DNA of 14,959 nt. Source: an uncultured archaeon. Lineage in GTDB: Archaea; Micrarchaeota; Micrarchaeia; Micrarchaeales; CABMGC01. This document shows positions 6,889 to 14,373 of this stretch, piece by piece. The position numbers and the translations under genes are program-made. The notes below the pieces were generated by a model that worked only from the letters and a program-made list of their open reading frames with translations, ran no database searches and was not told the DNA's origin. Positions within the stretch are counted from its first letter, which is position 1. Every line of letters begins with the position of its first letter. The DNA lies in the NCBI GenBank assembly GCA_902385515.1, contig CABMGC010000049.1, positions 1-14,959 on the forward strand. Reading direction: 5' to 3'.

Positions 6889-6907
6889 CTTCACGTTTTT
6901 ATAGCTT
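6889..6907 (+). promoter_or_regulatory. Promoter element CTTCACGTTTTTATAGCTT (TATA box TTTTTATA at 6896-6903). It is copy 1 of a repeated 19-mer.
   Basis: 17 of 19 nt are identical to 7729-7747, which lies upstream of rps19e. It sits in the divergent rpoL / PRTase intergenic region. Confidence 0.45.
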
Positions 6908-7012
6908 AAGGTTCGACGGACATTACGGCCCGGCGAAGCGAGCAGTGGCGTATTGTGAAAATTTCCAAAACAATGAATATATAGTGGGAGATAAACAAGA
7001 AGAAAAGATAGC

Positions 7013-7726
7013 GTGGGTAACAAAACTGCATCTTTGCTTAGCGAAGATGCGATCAGGACTCTCTGGGCAGGGGTTTTCCGAAATTCAACCGGTGCCGCAA
7101 TGGCGGAATGCCTTAGAGACGTTGAAAGAAACTTCGAGAATGCCCTATCGATGGGAGGAAAAAAGGCCATCGAAAGCGCTTATGATGCGGACTGGAGCGT
7201 CGGGCCAATTTCATTGGATTTTCACAAAAGGCTGAGCCATCGTATGCTGAGCCCACTTTTGCAATTTGGAAAGGGAGAGACCATACTCCTGCCGAACATG
7301 GTTTCCGGCTATTTCGTCGCGCCGCTCGCGTATGACTCGTTTGTGCAACTCGACAGGCAGCCCGCAGGTTATGCGTTCGTCGGCTGGTCCAGAAATGGGC
7401 GTACGGCGTTCGAAGACGGAACAGTCATGAAACAGAAATTTTATGTGCCGCCGAGCCATCTTAAGTTACTGAGCAAGTGGGCAGACGAAGGCAAAATAGC
7501 GGTAATCGTCGACGATTGTGAGGATACGGGAGGCAGCAAGGCGGCATTGTGCGACAATCTTGGGCGCATTGGTTTCGAGAAGATATGCTGCATAGCGTAT
7601 GACAGAAAGTTCAGCCTCGTTACTGCAAACTCAGCACATACGGAAACCTTCCCTGCAGTCTTCACGGAAAGCTTAATAATCACGAAGCGACCATCATTCT
7701 CTGCTGATGCTGTACGGCAGCGGTGA
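7013..7726 (+). CDS. Type I phosphoribosyltransferase-like protein (purine/HGPRT-like PRPP-binding motif). The start is uncertain: GTG at 7013, or the more likely ATG at 7151.
   Basis: The PRPP-binding motif KIAVIVDDCEDTGGS is present. An upstream strand ETILLPNMVSGYFVAPLAYDSF resembles the LVLVGVLKGSFxFxADL segment of 6-oxopurine PRTases. The TGA stop is at 7726. The N-terminal 46 codons after the GTG show no recognisable similarity. Confidence 0.55.
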   Translation: MGNKTASLLSEDAIRTLWAGVFRNSTGAAMAECLRDVERNFENALSMGGKKAIESAYDADWSVGPISLDFHKRLSHRMLSPLLQFGKGETILLPNMVSGYFVAPLAYDSFVQLDRQPAGYAFVGWSRNGRTAFEDGTVMKQKFYVPPSHLKLLSKWADEGKIAVIVDDCEDTGGSKAALCDNLGRIGFEKICCIAYDRKFSLVTANSAHTETFPAVFTESLIITKRPSFSADAVRQR

Positions 7727-7728
7727 CG

Positions 7729-7747
7729 CTTCATATTTTTATAGCTT
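7729..7747 (+). promoter_or_regulatory. Promoter element CTTCATATTTTTATAGCTT (TATA box at 7736-7743) upstream of rps19e. It is copy 2 of the repeated 19-mer.
   Basis: About 70 nt upstream of the rps19e ATG. The purine-rich AAAAGGTTGA precedes the ATG. Confidence 0.5.
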
Positions 7748-7813
7748 CACCTACCATATTATCAGCACAGAGTACGGTCTTCTGATACGTAATTTTCAAA
7801 AAAGGTTGAATTA

Positions 7814-8230
7814 ATGGCAAATGTTTTCGAGGTAGATTCAGGGAAGCTCGTCAGCGCCGCTGCGGCAAAGCTTAAGGAAAAGGGCATTTCGAGGCCTGAT
7901 TACATCGACTTCGTAAAGAGCGGGGCAGGAAGGGAGCGCATACCCCAGAGCAGGGACTTCTGGTACATGAGGTGCTCGGCGATACTTAGGCAGGTTTACA
8001 TCAACGGTCCGATCGGTGTCGAGAAGCTCAGGACACGATACGGAAACAGGAAAGGGCACACGATGCACAGGCACCACCACATGAAGGCGAGCGGAAGCAT
8101 AATAACTGACGCCTTCGCATCTCTTGAGAAGGCAGGCTACGTCAAGAAGGGAAAGGCTGGGAGGGAGATAACGCCCGCGGGCAAGTCCTTCCTTGACAAG
8201 ATAGCCAATGACATAATACGCGGTGCTTGA
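7814..8230 (+). CDS. rps19e: 30S ribosomal protein S19e.
   Basis: The MANVFEVDSGKLVSAAAAKLKE...DFWYMRCSAILRQVYINGPIGVEKLRTRYGNRK...SGSIITDAFASLEKAGYV...ITPAGKSFLDKIA pattern is typical of S19e. ATG start and TGA stop. Confidence 0.95.
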   Translation: MANVFEVDSGKLVSAAAAKLKEKGISRPDYIDFVKSGAGRERIPQSRDFWYMRCSAILRQVYINGPIGVEKLRTRYGNRKGHTMHRHHHMKASGSIITDAFASLEKAGYVKKGKAGREITPAGKSFLDKIANDIIRGA

Positions 8231-8537
8231 AGTGGTGAATGAGGAGAGCGAAGAGCAGGCGAGAATGAAAAAGGCCGTCTACAAGAAGCTAAAGGAAATG
8301 CAAATAGAGCAGCAGAAGAAGGCCATCGCCCAAAGGCTCATGACTCCAGAAGCGTACGAGCGGCTGATGAACGTCCGCGTCGCAAACCGCGAGCTCTTCA
8401 CGCAGCTCCTCGAGGTCATCATCGCGATGGCGCAGCAGAACAGGACGGTCGGCAAGATAACCGAGGAACAGCTCAGGGACATACTTTCCAGGCTCACATA
8501 CAGGCCTGAATCGAAGATAGAATTCAAACACAAGTGA
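8223..8537 (+). CDS. PDCD5/TFAR19-like DNA-binding protein (COG2118) of the conserved archaeal ribosomal cluster.
   Basis: KAIAQRLMTPEAYERLMNVRVANRELFTQLLEVIIAMAQQNRTVGKITEEQLRDIL matches the PDCD5 family. The canonical gene order puts this gene between rps19e and rpl39e. The start is ambiguous: GTG at 8223 overlapping the rps19e stop, or ATG at 8265. Confidence 0.8.
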   Translation: MLEVVNEESEEQARMKKAVYKKLKEMQIEQQKKAIAQRLMTPEAYERLMNVRVANRELFTQLLEVIIAMAQQNRTVGKITEEQLRDILSRLTYRPESKIEFKHK

Positions 8538-8541
8538 TACT

Positions 8542-8709
8542 ATGGGAAAGAAGGGAATCAAGAAGAAGCTCATGCTTGGCAAGAAGCTCAAGCAGAACAG
8601 GAGGTCGCTGCCTATTCTGGCGCAGCTCAGGACGCACAGGAAGAAGACGTTCAACAAGTTCGCAAGGGAATGGAGGCACAGGAAGCTTAAGATAGAAGTC
8701 GAGGAATGA
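8542..8709 (+). CDS. rpl39e: 50S ribosomal protein L39e. It is not in the ORF track because it is only 55 aa.
   Basis: The translation is MGKKGIKKKLMLGKKLKQNRRSLPILAQLRTHRKKTFNKFAREWRHRKLKIEVEE. The ATG is 4 nt after the preceding stop, and the TGA overlaps the rpl31e ATG (ATGA). Confidence 0.85.
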   Translation: MGKKGIKKKLMLGKKLKQNRRSLPILAQLRTHRKKTFNKFAREWRHRKLKIEVEE

Positions 8710-9110
8710 CCATGGCAACAAGCACAATCACACTGAACCTGAGAAAAAGGCTGCTCAAGGTGCACCAGACCCAGAGAAGGAAGAGAGTGACCACCTACGC
8801 GAAGGAGGCCATAGCCCGATTCACCAAGTCTGACATCGACACCATAAAGTTCGACGCCGCGCTCAACAAGCATCTCACGCAAAAGGTCTCGAACAAGCCG
8901 CTGAAGTTCAAGGTCAGCGTAGAGAAGATGGAAGGCAGGGTTAACGTAACTCTTGCTGGCGAAAAGACCGAGGCCAAGAAGGCAGAGACCCCTAAGGCCG
9001 CAAAGAAGGAGAAGCCTGCGGCTGCCGCCGCTTCCGCTAGCGCGCCGGCGCAGAAGGCCGCTTTGGAAGAGAGGCCTGCGGCCAAGAAGGCGCCGGAAAC
9101 CAAAGCTTGA
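8706..9110 (+). CDS. rpl31e: 50S ribosomal protein L31e with a Lys/Ala/Pro-rich C-terminal extension.
   Basis: ITLNLRKRLLKVHQTQRRKRVTTYAKEAIARFTKSDIDTIKFDAALNKHLTQKVSNKPLKFKVSVEKMEGRVNVTL matches the L31e core. About 45 extra C-terminal residues read EAKKAETPKAAKKEKPAAAAASASAPAQKAALEERPAAKKAPETKA. Confidence 0.9.
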   Translation: MTMATSTITLNLRKRLLKVHQTQRRKRVTTYAKEAIARFTKSDIDTIKFDAALNKHLTQKVSNKPLKFKVSVEKMEGRVNVTLAGEKTEAKKAETPKAAKKEKPAAAAASASAPAQKAALEERPAAKKAPETKA

Positions 9111-9115
9111 TTGAG

Positions 9116-9787
9116 ATGGGCATAGCCAAGCTGAGCATACACGGAAACGACTACATAGGCGCGTGGTCCATAGCCACGGACAAATTCTTCATGCTTGGCA
9201 GCGAGGTCAACAAGAGGACCGAGGACATAGTGCGCGATGCGCTCAACGTCAGCGTCGTCAGGGCTCTCGTGGGGGGCTCCAGCCTTCTGGGAGTATACGT
9301 CACTGCCAACTCCAACGGCGTCCTTGTGCCAAACCTCGCCGAGCACTACGAGGTCGCAGACCTGAGAAAGGAGCTGAAGGGCACAACAGTGGAAGTGCTC
9401 CACACCGACCTCAACGCCCTGAAGAACAACATACTTACTAACGACAAGATCGCGATAATCAACCCGAACTTCAGCGTTGAAGAGGAGAAGATAATAAGAG
9501 ACGTTCTTGACGTAGAGATAATTAGGATGACAATCGGAGGATTCCACACGGTCGGGGCGAACAACATACTCACGAACAAGGGAATGGTCATAAACAACAG
9601 GGCCACGGACGAGGAGATAGAAAACGTCGAAGGAGCGATTGGCATGAAGGTCGAGCAGTCTACCGCGAACCTCGGCTCGGTAAACATCGGGCTGTGCGCG
9701 GTGGCGAACTCTTACGGCATAATCGCCGGCGACTTGACGAGCGGATACGAGCTCGCGAGAATGGCGGAGTCGCTAAACCTCGAATGA
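9116..9787 (+). CDS. eif6: Translation initiation factor 6 (aIF6).
   Basis: MGIAKLSIHGNDYIGAWSIATDKFFMLG...VTANSNGVLVPN...IAIINPNFS...VGANNILTNKGMVINNRATDEEI...GLCAVANSYGIIAG shows the repeated eIF6 pentein pattern. The track start at 9107 is a TTG and the ATG at 9116 is more likely. TGA stop. Confidence 0.9.
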   Translation: MGIAKLSIHGNDYIGAWSIATDKFFMLGSEVNKRTEDIVRDALNVSVVRALVGGSSLLGVYVTANSNGVLVPNLAEHYEVADLRKELKGTTVEVLHTDLNALKNNILTNDKIAIINPNFSVEEEKIIRDVLDVEIIRMTIGGFHTVGANNILTNKGMVINNRATDEEIENVEGAIGMKVEQSTANLGSVNIGLCAVANSYGIIAGDLTSGYELARMAESLNLE

Positions 9788-9788
9788 A

Positions 9789-10274
9789 TCAGCGCTGAAG
9801 GACCGGAGTTTTTGCGGCGCCGGCGTCCGATGCCAATGCCTCCTCGAGCTTTCGCGGCAGGAAGTACTCCATTTCTATTTTTCCGGGCACTGACCTGTTT
9901 TCCGCGTCCATCCTGCTGAACGAGTCGCTTTCGAAGAACTCGCCGTCGCACCCGTTCCTGTGATTAATTAGAAGCGGATCCAGGGACACAACCACGCTAA
10001 GGTGCATTGTGCACGCGAAGAACTGATCGCGGAACTGCCAGGCGGCCAGGCCGCCGAGAACAGGTGACTGAACCCGCTTCAGCTGCTTGAGGCGGGCGCT
10101 AACTTCCTGCATGCGCATGTACTCATCGGCGGGCTGCTCTTGGACCAGATACATCGAGGTTCCGCCGCAATTCGCTCTCCGCGTGTCCTTGCAAAGCGCC
10201 GCCCGCTCGCGGATATCGGCAAGGAACTTATTTTGCGCGTCACTGACATTGGCGCCGGAATTGGACTTTTCCAT
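9789..10274 (-). CDS. Hypothetical soluble protein (161 aa, 4 Cys) downstream of the flotillin gene.
   Basis: ATG start and TGA stop. It has its own TATA-like CTTTTTATCG about 37 nt upstream. It has no TM segments and no family I can assign (HRNGCDGEFFE, CKDTRRANC). Confidence 0.5.
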   Translation of the reverse strand: MEKSNSGANVSDAQNKFLADIRERAALCKDTRRANCGGTSMYLVQEQPADEYMRMQEVSARLKQLKRVQSPVLGGLAAWQFRDQFFACTMHLSVVVSLDPLLINHRNGCDGEFFESDSFSRMDAENRSVPGKIEMEYFLPRKLEEALASDAGAAKTPVLQR

Positions 10275-10310
10275 CAGTCAGCATTTCCTTTTCAAGGTAG
10301 TTAAATGTTG

Positions 10311-10320
10311 ACGATAAAAA
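10311..10320 (-). promoter_or_regulatory. TATA-like box (minus strand CTTTTTATCGT) for the 161-aa gene.
   Basis: It has the expected spacing to the ATG at 10274. Confidence 0.3.
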
Positions 10321-10384
10321 GCGCTGAAAATTCAGTTACAAAACATACCGCATAAAAATAGCCTGAACGCTGCTGAAGATTCAG

Positions 10385-10407
10385 GACTGGGCCAAAACGG
10401 CCCAGTC
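10385..10407 (-). terminator. GC-rich hairpin (9-bp perfect stem GACTGGGCC/GGCCCAGTC, 5-nt loop) 3' of the flotillin gene. It is a candidate terminator or RNA-stability element.
   Basis: It lies 22 nt after the flotillin TAA on the minus strand. T-rich sequence (TATTTTTAT) begins about 30 nt further on, so it is not a textbook intrinsic terminator. Confidence 0.3.
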
Positions 10408-10428
10408 ACAGGATCTCTATGGCTTCAC

Positions 10429-12105
10429 TTACTGCAGGATCTTCAGCAGGTTGGTGTCCGCCACGGGACCTGACGCCGCGACAGGCGTCTTTGTCGCCGC
10501 CGGCGCTGCAGTTTCGGTCTCCGTCTTCCTTGCCACCACATCCCTGCCGACTTCGGTGAGTGCCTTCGTCAGCTCCTCTGGCTTGCCCACTGAGCGAAGG
10601 AGCTTGTTCACATCGCTGCCGGTGAGCCCGAGCATCTCCGCAAACTGGCCGAGAGCGGCGCCTTCCTTGGGCCCGACACCTACGTTGCCAAGTATGCCGC
10701 CGTTCAGGAGCTCCTGGGTGTTTCCGGTGATGACGCTTATGTGCGCGTGCTCAGCGATCTGCGCGCCGGCATTGGCGCGGGCCAGCTCTATCTGCGTGAT
10801 GGCGTCCACGATCTTAGGCGGAAGTCCTCCTTCGTTATAGAGCTTCTGCGCGTCCGCGAGCAGCTTGGTTCCCTCCGCGTCTGCCTTCTTCTTCGCCAGT
10901 ATGGCTACTCCTTCGGCCTCTCCCTTCTTTTGGGTTATCTCTGCCTGGGCGATACCAGTCTGGGTTATCTTCGACGCTTCTCCTTCAGCTTCCTTCTGCA
11001 ATTTTGTCTTCGTACCTTCGGCCTCAATTGAGATCTTTTCTCTTTCAGCTTCGGCCTCCTTGATGGTCTTCTGCTTTTCTGCCTCTGCGTTGGTTATCTT
11101 GACTTCCCTCTGCACGTCCGCCTCTCCGACGTCCTTCTTCCTCTTCGCCTCGACGCCCTTAGCGTTGGCGATCGCAGTCTCGTCGGCAATATCCTGCGCC
11201 TGCTTCTGCTTCGCAATGGCGATCTTCTTGTCCTTTTCTATTTCCCTTGTTCCCGAGATCTCAGCCGCCTCGGCTTCCGCGATCTTCGCAGCCTTGCCCT
11301 GTTCGGCCTGCACGACCCTCGCTCTCCTATCTTCCTCCGCGGTAACGACGTCCGCGTTGGCCTTGATGACGGCGGCCTGCTTCCTTTCTATGTCCGCAAT
11401 TATAGTGCTGCCCTTGTCGTCCCTTATGTCCTTGAGCTCCAGGTCCACCAAGGTTATTCCCCACTGCGGCGCGACATCGGCAAGCTGCGTCGCTATTGCC
11501 GTCTGAGTTCCCTTCCTGTCCTTGAATATGTCGACAATAGTCTGCTGCGTTGCGACAGTCCTTGCTATTGAGGCGAGGATTGCCTGGAAATCGTCGGATA
11601 TCCTGACTGGCCCCTTCTCGAACTTCATCTTCTCGGCGTTGAGGTTCGTCCTCTCGGCAGCAACGACAGCATTGCTCACACGGACGAAGCAGATTGTATC
11701 CGCTACGAACTTAGCCATGTCCTTGTCGTTGAGCTTCGTGTTCTCGACGTCTATCCTCAAGTTCCCCAAAGGTATCTTTTGTATCTTTGTTATTCCAGGA
11801 AACCTGAAATAAACAGGATTAGGCACGCGCGTCTCGGTCTTATAATTGACCTTGTGTGTGGTCTTGCCGTCCTTCTCCGCTACCTCCACGGTCTCACCCA
11901 CTATGTTTTCAGTCCTTGAAGAGTATTCCGTCCTTCCTCCGAAAACCCCCACTACGACGTGCGCTTCATCAACAGGCACTACTTTCGCCAGTCCGATTAT
12001 TGACAAAGGCGCTGCCGCCAGCTTGCCGAAAACTCCCATTTCCTTATTCGCAGGCTTCGCTTCTTCGATCTGCGGCTCATCCGCTTTCTTCCCAAACAAA
12101 CCCAT
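10429..12105 (-). CDS. Flotillin / SPFH (band-7) domain protein with a long Ala/Glu/Lys-rich coiled-coil (flotillin repeats).
   Basis: 558 aa, ATG start and TAA stop. The N-terminal SPFH-like region is followed by EAEAAE / AEAEKQ / EAEGE repeat tracts, and the C-terminus is Gly/Ala/Thr-rich. TTTAAATA lies about 30 nt upstream of the ATG. Confidence 0.85.
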   Translation of the reverse strand: MGLFGKKADEPQIEEAKPANKEMGVFGKLAAAPLSIIGLAKVVPVDEAHVVVGVFGGRTEYSSRTENIVGETVEVAEKDGKTTHKVNYKTETRVPNPVYFRFPGITKIQKIPLGNLRIDVENTKLNDKDMAKFVADTICFVRVSNAVVAAERTNLNAEKMKFEKGPVRISDDFQAILASIARTVATQQTIVDIFKDRKGTQTAIATQLADVAPQWGITLVDLELKDIRDDKGSTIIADIERKQAAVIKANADVVTAEEDRRARVVQAEQGKAAKIAEAEAAEISGTREIEKDKKIAIAKQKQAQDIADETAIANAKGVEAKRKKDVGEADVQREVKITNAEAEKQKTIKEAEAEREKISIEAEGTKTKLQKEAEGEASKITQTGIAQAEITQKKGEAEGVAILAKKKADAEGTKLLADAQKLYNEGGLPPKIVDAITQIELARANAGAQIAEHAHISVITGNTQELLNGGILGNVGVGPKEGAALGQFAEMLGLTGSDVNKLLRSVGKPEELTKALTEVGRDVVARKTETETAAPAATKTPVAASGPVADTNLLKILQ

Positions 12106-12349
12106 TCTATCACTTTCTACAAGGTAAAATATCAGGGTATTTAAAGCTTGACATTAAACTGAAATGGAAAATTCACAGGAAACGCTCAAATGTGCAAATG
12201 ATTTATTAAAGCATCGACAAAAAAATTTACTATGCTCCATTTCTTGCTTTTGCTTGCGACCGTGCATTGTTCGAGATTGCCGATGGCACAGTAATCGCTT
12301 GCTCCAACGGCAGATATAAGAATGAAACAAGGCATTTAGTATTGATCAT

Positions 12350-12826
12350 ATGGCAGAGCACGAACACGACCATGCGCACGATCACGAGCACGATCACGAG
12401 CACTCCCACGAGCATGGCAGCGCGCAGGAGGAGTTCAACAGGCTAGTGTACCTGCAGAACGCCTACAACCAGCAGTACGAGGCGATAACCCGCGAGCTTT
12501 CCAACTACGGGATGGCCCACGCTGCGCTTCAGCGGAACGTCGAGCTGCTTGATAGGAAGGACGAGATGAAGGGCTCGGGAATCCTTGTCAACGCCGAGGG
12601 TGGGACGTACATAGAAGCGAACGTCAAGGCGATAGACAAGGTCATGACGTACGTCGGAGCGGGCTACCTCGTAGAGAAGAAGGTCGATGAGGCGAAGTCG
12701 TACCTAAAAAAGAACATCGAGAACGAAGAGGAGATCATGAAAAGGCTGGCCGCGGACGGACAGAAGATAGAGGGTGAGCTTATGAAAATACACTACTCTC
12801 TCGAGATGCTGCAACAGGGTCAGTGA
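12350..12826 (+). CDS. pfdA: Prefoldin alpha subunit with a His/Asp/Glu-rich N-terminal extension.
   Basis: The core LVYLQNAYNQQYEAITRELSNYGMAHAALQ...VGAGYLVEKKVDEAKSYLKKNIENEEEIMKRLAADGQKIEGELMKIHYSLEMLQQ matches prefoldin alpha. The first 24 residues are MAEHEHDHAHDHEHDHEHSHEHGS. GATATAAGA lies about 30 nt upstream (leaderless). The TGA overlaps the ftsY start (TGAAATG). Confidence 0.85.
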   Translation: MAEHEHDHAHDHEHDHEHSHEHGSAQEEFNRLVYLQNAYNQQYEAITRELSNYGMAHAALQRNVELLDRKDEMKGSGILVNAEGGTYIEANVKAIDKVMTYVGAGYLVEKKVDEAKSYLKKNIENEEEIMKRLAADGQKIEGELMKIHYSLEMLQQGQ

Positions 12827-12827
12827 A

Positions 12828-14072
12828 ATGTTTGAGGGACTCAAGAAGAAATTTTCGGAGTTCGCCAGCTCCTTTGGCAAAAAGGAGAAGGAAAGAGTAG
12901 AAGAAGAGATCAAGGAAGAACAGAAAGAACTGGTGAAGACGGGCCTTGATTATGCAAACAAAGAGGAAGGTACGCCTATAAAAACAGTGATTCATGGAAA
13001 AGTACCTGACGTCCCTGCGCACATGCACAAACCTGAGAAGATTCAGCACAGGCCAGAAGTTGAGAAAGTAAAGCACGCCGTTGCTAAGGAACAAGAACCT
13101 GAGAAAAAATTAGTTCAAGAAAAAACTCAGATAATTCACGCAGAACTTTCTGAGAAGCCCAAGAAAAAGCCGGACGTCACTTTCGTTACGAAGATAAAGG
13201 GCGCAGTGCTCGGGGAAGTGAAGATAAGCGAGAAGGATATCGACCCGTTCCTCGAGCAGCTTCGCATCGCCCTGCTCCAGACAGACGTCAACTTTGACGT
13301 CGCGGAGCGCATAGTCGAAAGGATGCGCGCCAACATGCTAAAGGAACGCATAAGCGCGCGGGATATAAGCGAAGGCATACGCAACGAGATAAGGAGCTCG
13401 ATAATGGAGATAATGAGCAAGAATCCCGGGATAGACGTTGTGGCCCTCGCTGAGGAGAAGAAGGCAAGAAAGGAGACGCCGTTCAAGATAGTGTTCCTTG
13501 GCCCTAACGGAGCAGGCAAGACTACCACGGTCGCGAAGATGGCCAACATGCTTGGCGCGAGGGGGCTGAGGTGCGCAATTTCCGCAAGCGACACCTTCAG
13601 GGCGGCGGCGATCGAGCAGTCCGTTTACCACGCAAAGAAGCTGGGCATAGAGGTTGTCAAGGGAAATTACGGCTCGGACCCTGCCAGCATAGCGTTCGAT
13701 GCCGTCGCATATGCGAAGGCCCACGGCATAGACGTGGTCCTGATCGACACCGCAGGAAGGCAGGAGACGAACAAGAGCCTGATCGAGGAGCTTAGGAAGA
13801 TCGTGCGCGTCAACAAGCCGGACGTTTGCATATTCGTGGGCGAAGGGATTGCGGGCAACTCCCTCTTGGACCAGGTCATGCAGTTCAACGATGCCACAAA
13901 GGTGGACGGCATAATACTTACGAAGCTCGACTGCGACGCGAAGGGAGGCAACACGCTGTCGATACTCAGCGATACGAAGATACCGGTGCTTTACTTCGGC
14001 ATCGGTGAGAAGTACAACGACCTTATCCCCTACGATCCCAAGTTCGTCGTGGACAGCATAGTGCCGGAATGA
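12828..14072 (+). CDS. ftsY: Signal recognition particle receptor FtsY.
   Basis: The charged N-terminal A domain is followed by an NG domain with GPNGAGKTTTVAKMA (G1), DTAGR (G3) and TKLD (G4). The protein ends after the G domain with no M domain, and its position after pfdA matches the canonical cluster. Confidence 0.95.
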   Translation: MFEGLKKKFSEFASSFGKKEKERVEEEIKEEQKELVKTGLDYANKEEGTPIKTVIHGKVPDVPAHMHKPEKIQHRPEVEKVKHAVAKEQEPEKKLVQEKTQIIHAELSEKPKKKPDVTFVTKIKGAVLGEVKISEKDIDPFLEQLRIALLQTDVNFDVAERIVERMRANMLKERISARDISEGIRNEIRSSIMEIMSKNPGIDVVALAEEKKARKETPFKIVFLGPNGAGKTTTVAKMANMLGARGLRCAISASDTFRAAAIEQSVYHAKKLGIEVVKGNYGSDPASIAFDAVAYAKAHGIDVVLIDTAGRQETNKSLIEELRKIVRVNKPDVCIFVGEGIAGNSLLDQVMQFNDATKVDGIILTKLDCDAKGGNTLSILSDTKIPVLYFGIGEKYNDLIPYDPKFVVDSIVPE

Positions 14073-14073
14073 T

Positions 14074-14262
14074 TTACTGCTTCTTGGACGCTTTCCTGGA
14101 AGGCGCCTTCCCCGAAGTCTGTTCTTTCACCGGAATGAAGTAGCTGAAGAATGCAAAGAAGGCGATCCAGACCGCCCGCAGATAGTCTCCAGCGGCAAGT
14201 CCGCCTATTCCAATGACGCCCAGGAACCCGAGAAATCCAAGCGCCCAATTTGCCCTCAACAT
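14074..14262 (-). CDS. Small putative membrane protein (about 62 aa, two predicted TM helices, basic C-tail).
   Basis: MLRANWALGFLGFLGVIGIGGLAAGDYLRAVWIAFFAFFSYFIPVKEQTSGKAPSRKASKKQ. ATG at 14262, with a TTG one codon upstream. TTTAATTAAG lies about 25 nt upstream on the minus strand. The stop is 1 nt from the ftsY stop (convergent). Confidence 0.35.
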   Translation of the reverse strand: MLRANWALGFLGFLGVIGIGGLAAGDYLRAVWIAFFAFFSYFIPVKEQTSGKAPSRKASKKQ

Positions 14263-14373
14263 CAAAATTGCCTTCAGTTATGTTTATCGTCAGGCTTAAT
14301 TAAATCCAGCGCAAGACAGCACCTTCGCGCATCATGCCGAAAACCATTTAAATAGAAAATCAGGAGGATGAGC

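Noticed and set aside
6374-6889. The track ORF 6374..6889 (171 aa) begins with an Arg-rich N-terminus that overlaps rpoL.
   Set aside because: Only the last 67 codons, from the ATG at 6577, look like real DUF99 sequence. The upstream part is an out-of-frame overlap with rpoL and is not coding.
8289-9547. Minus-strand ORFs 8289-8882, 8524-8727 and 8795-9547 opposite the ribosomal protein genes.
   Set aside because: They are antisense to strongly supported rps19e, PDCD5-like, rpl31e and eif6 genes. Their compositions are low-complexity, so they are artefacts of the ORF scan.
10451-11812. Plus-strand Ser/Ala-rich ORFs (10451-10840, 10865-11506, 11522-11812, 11846-12209) opposite the flotillin gene.
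   Set aside because: They are antisense frames of the flotillin coiled-coil region, where GAG/GCC repeats read as Ser/Ala on the other strand. They have no independent support.
12164-12319. A 51-codon Cys-rich ORF (MENSQETLKCANDLLKHRQKNLLCSISCFCLRPCIVRDCRWH...) in the flotillin/pfdA divergent intergenic region.
   Set aside because: It is AT-rich, and its codon usage (tta, aaa, aat, cta) is unlike every confident gene here. It overlaps both divergent promoter TATA boxes and has no SD or TATA of its own. It is most likely a chance open frame.
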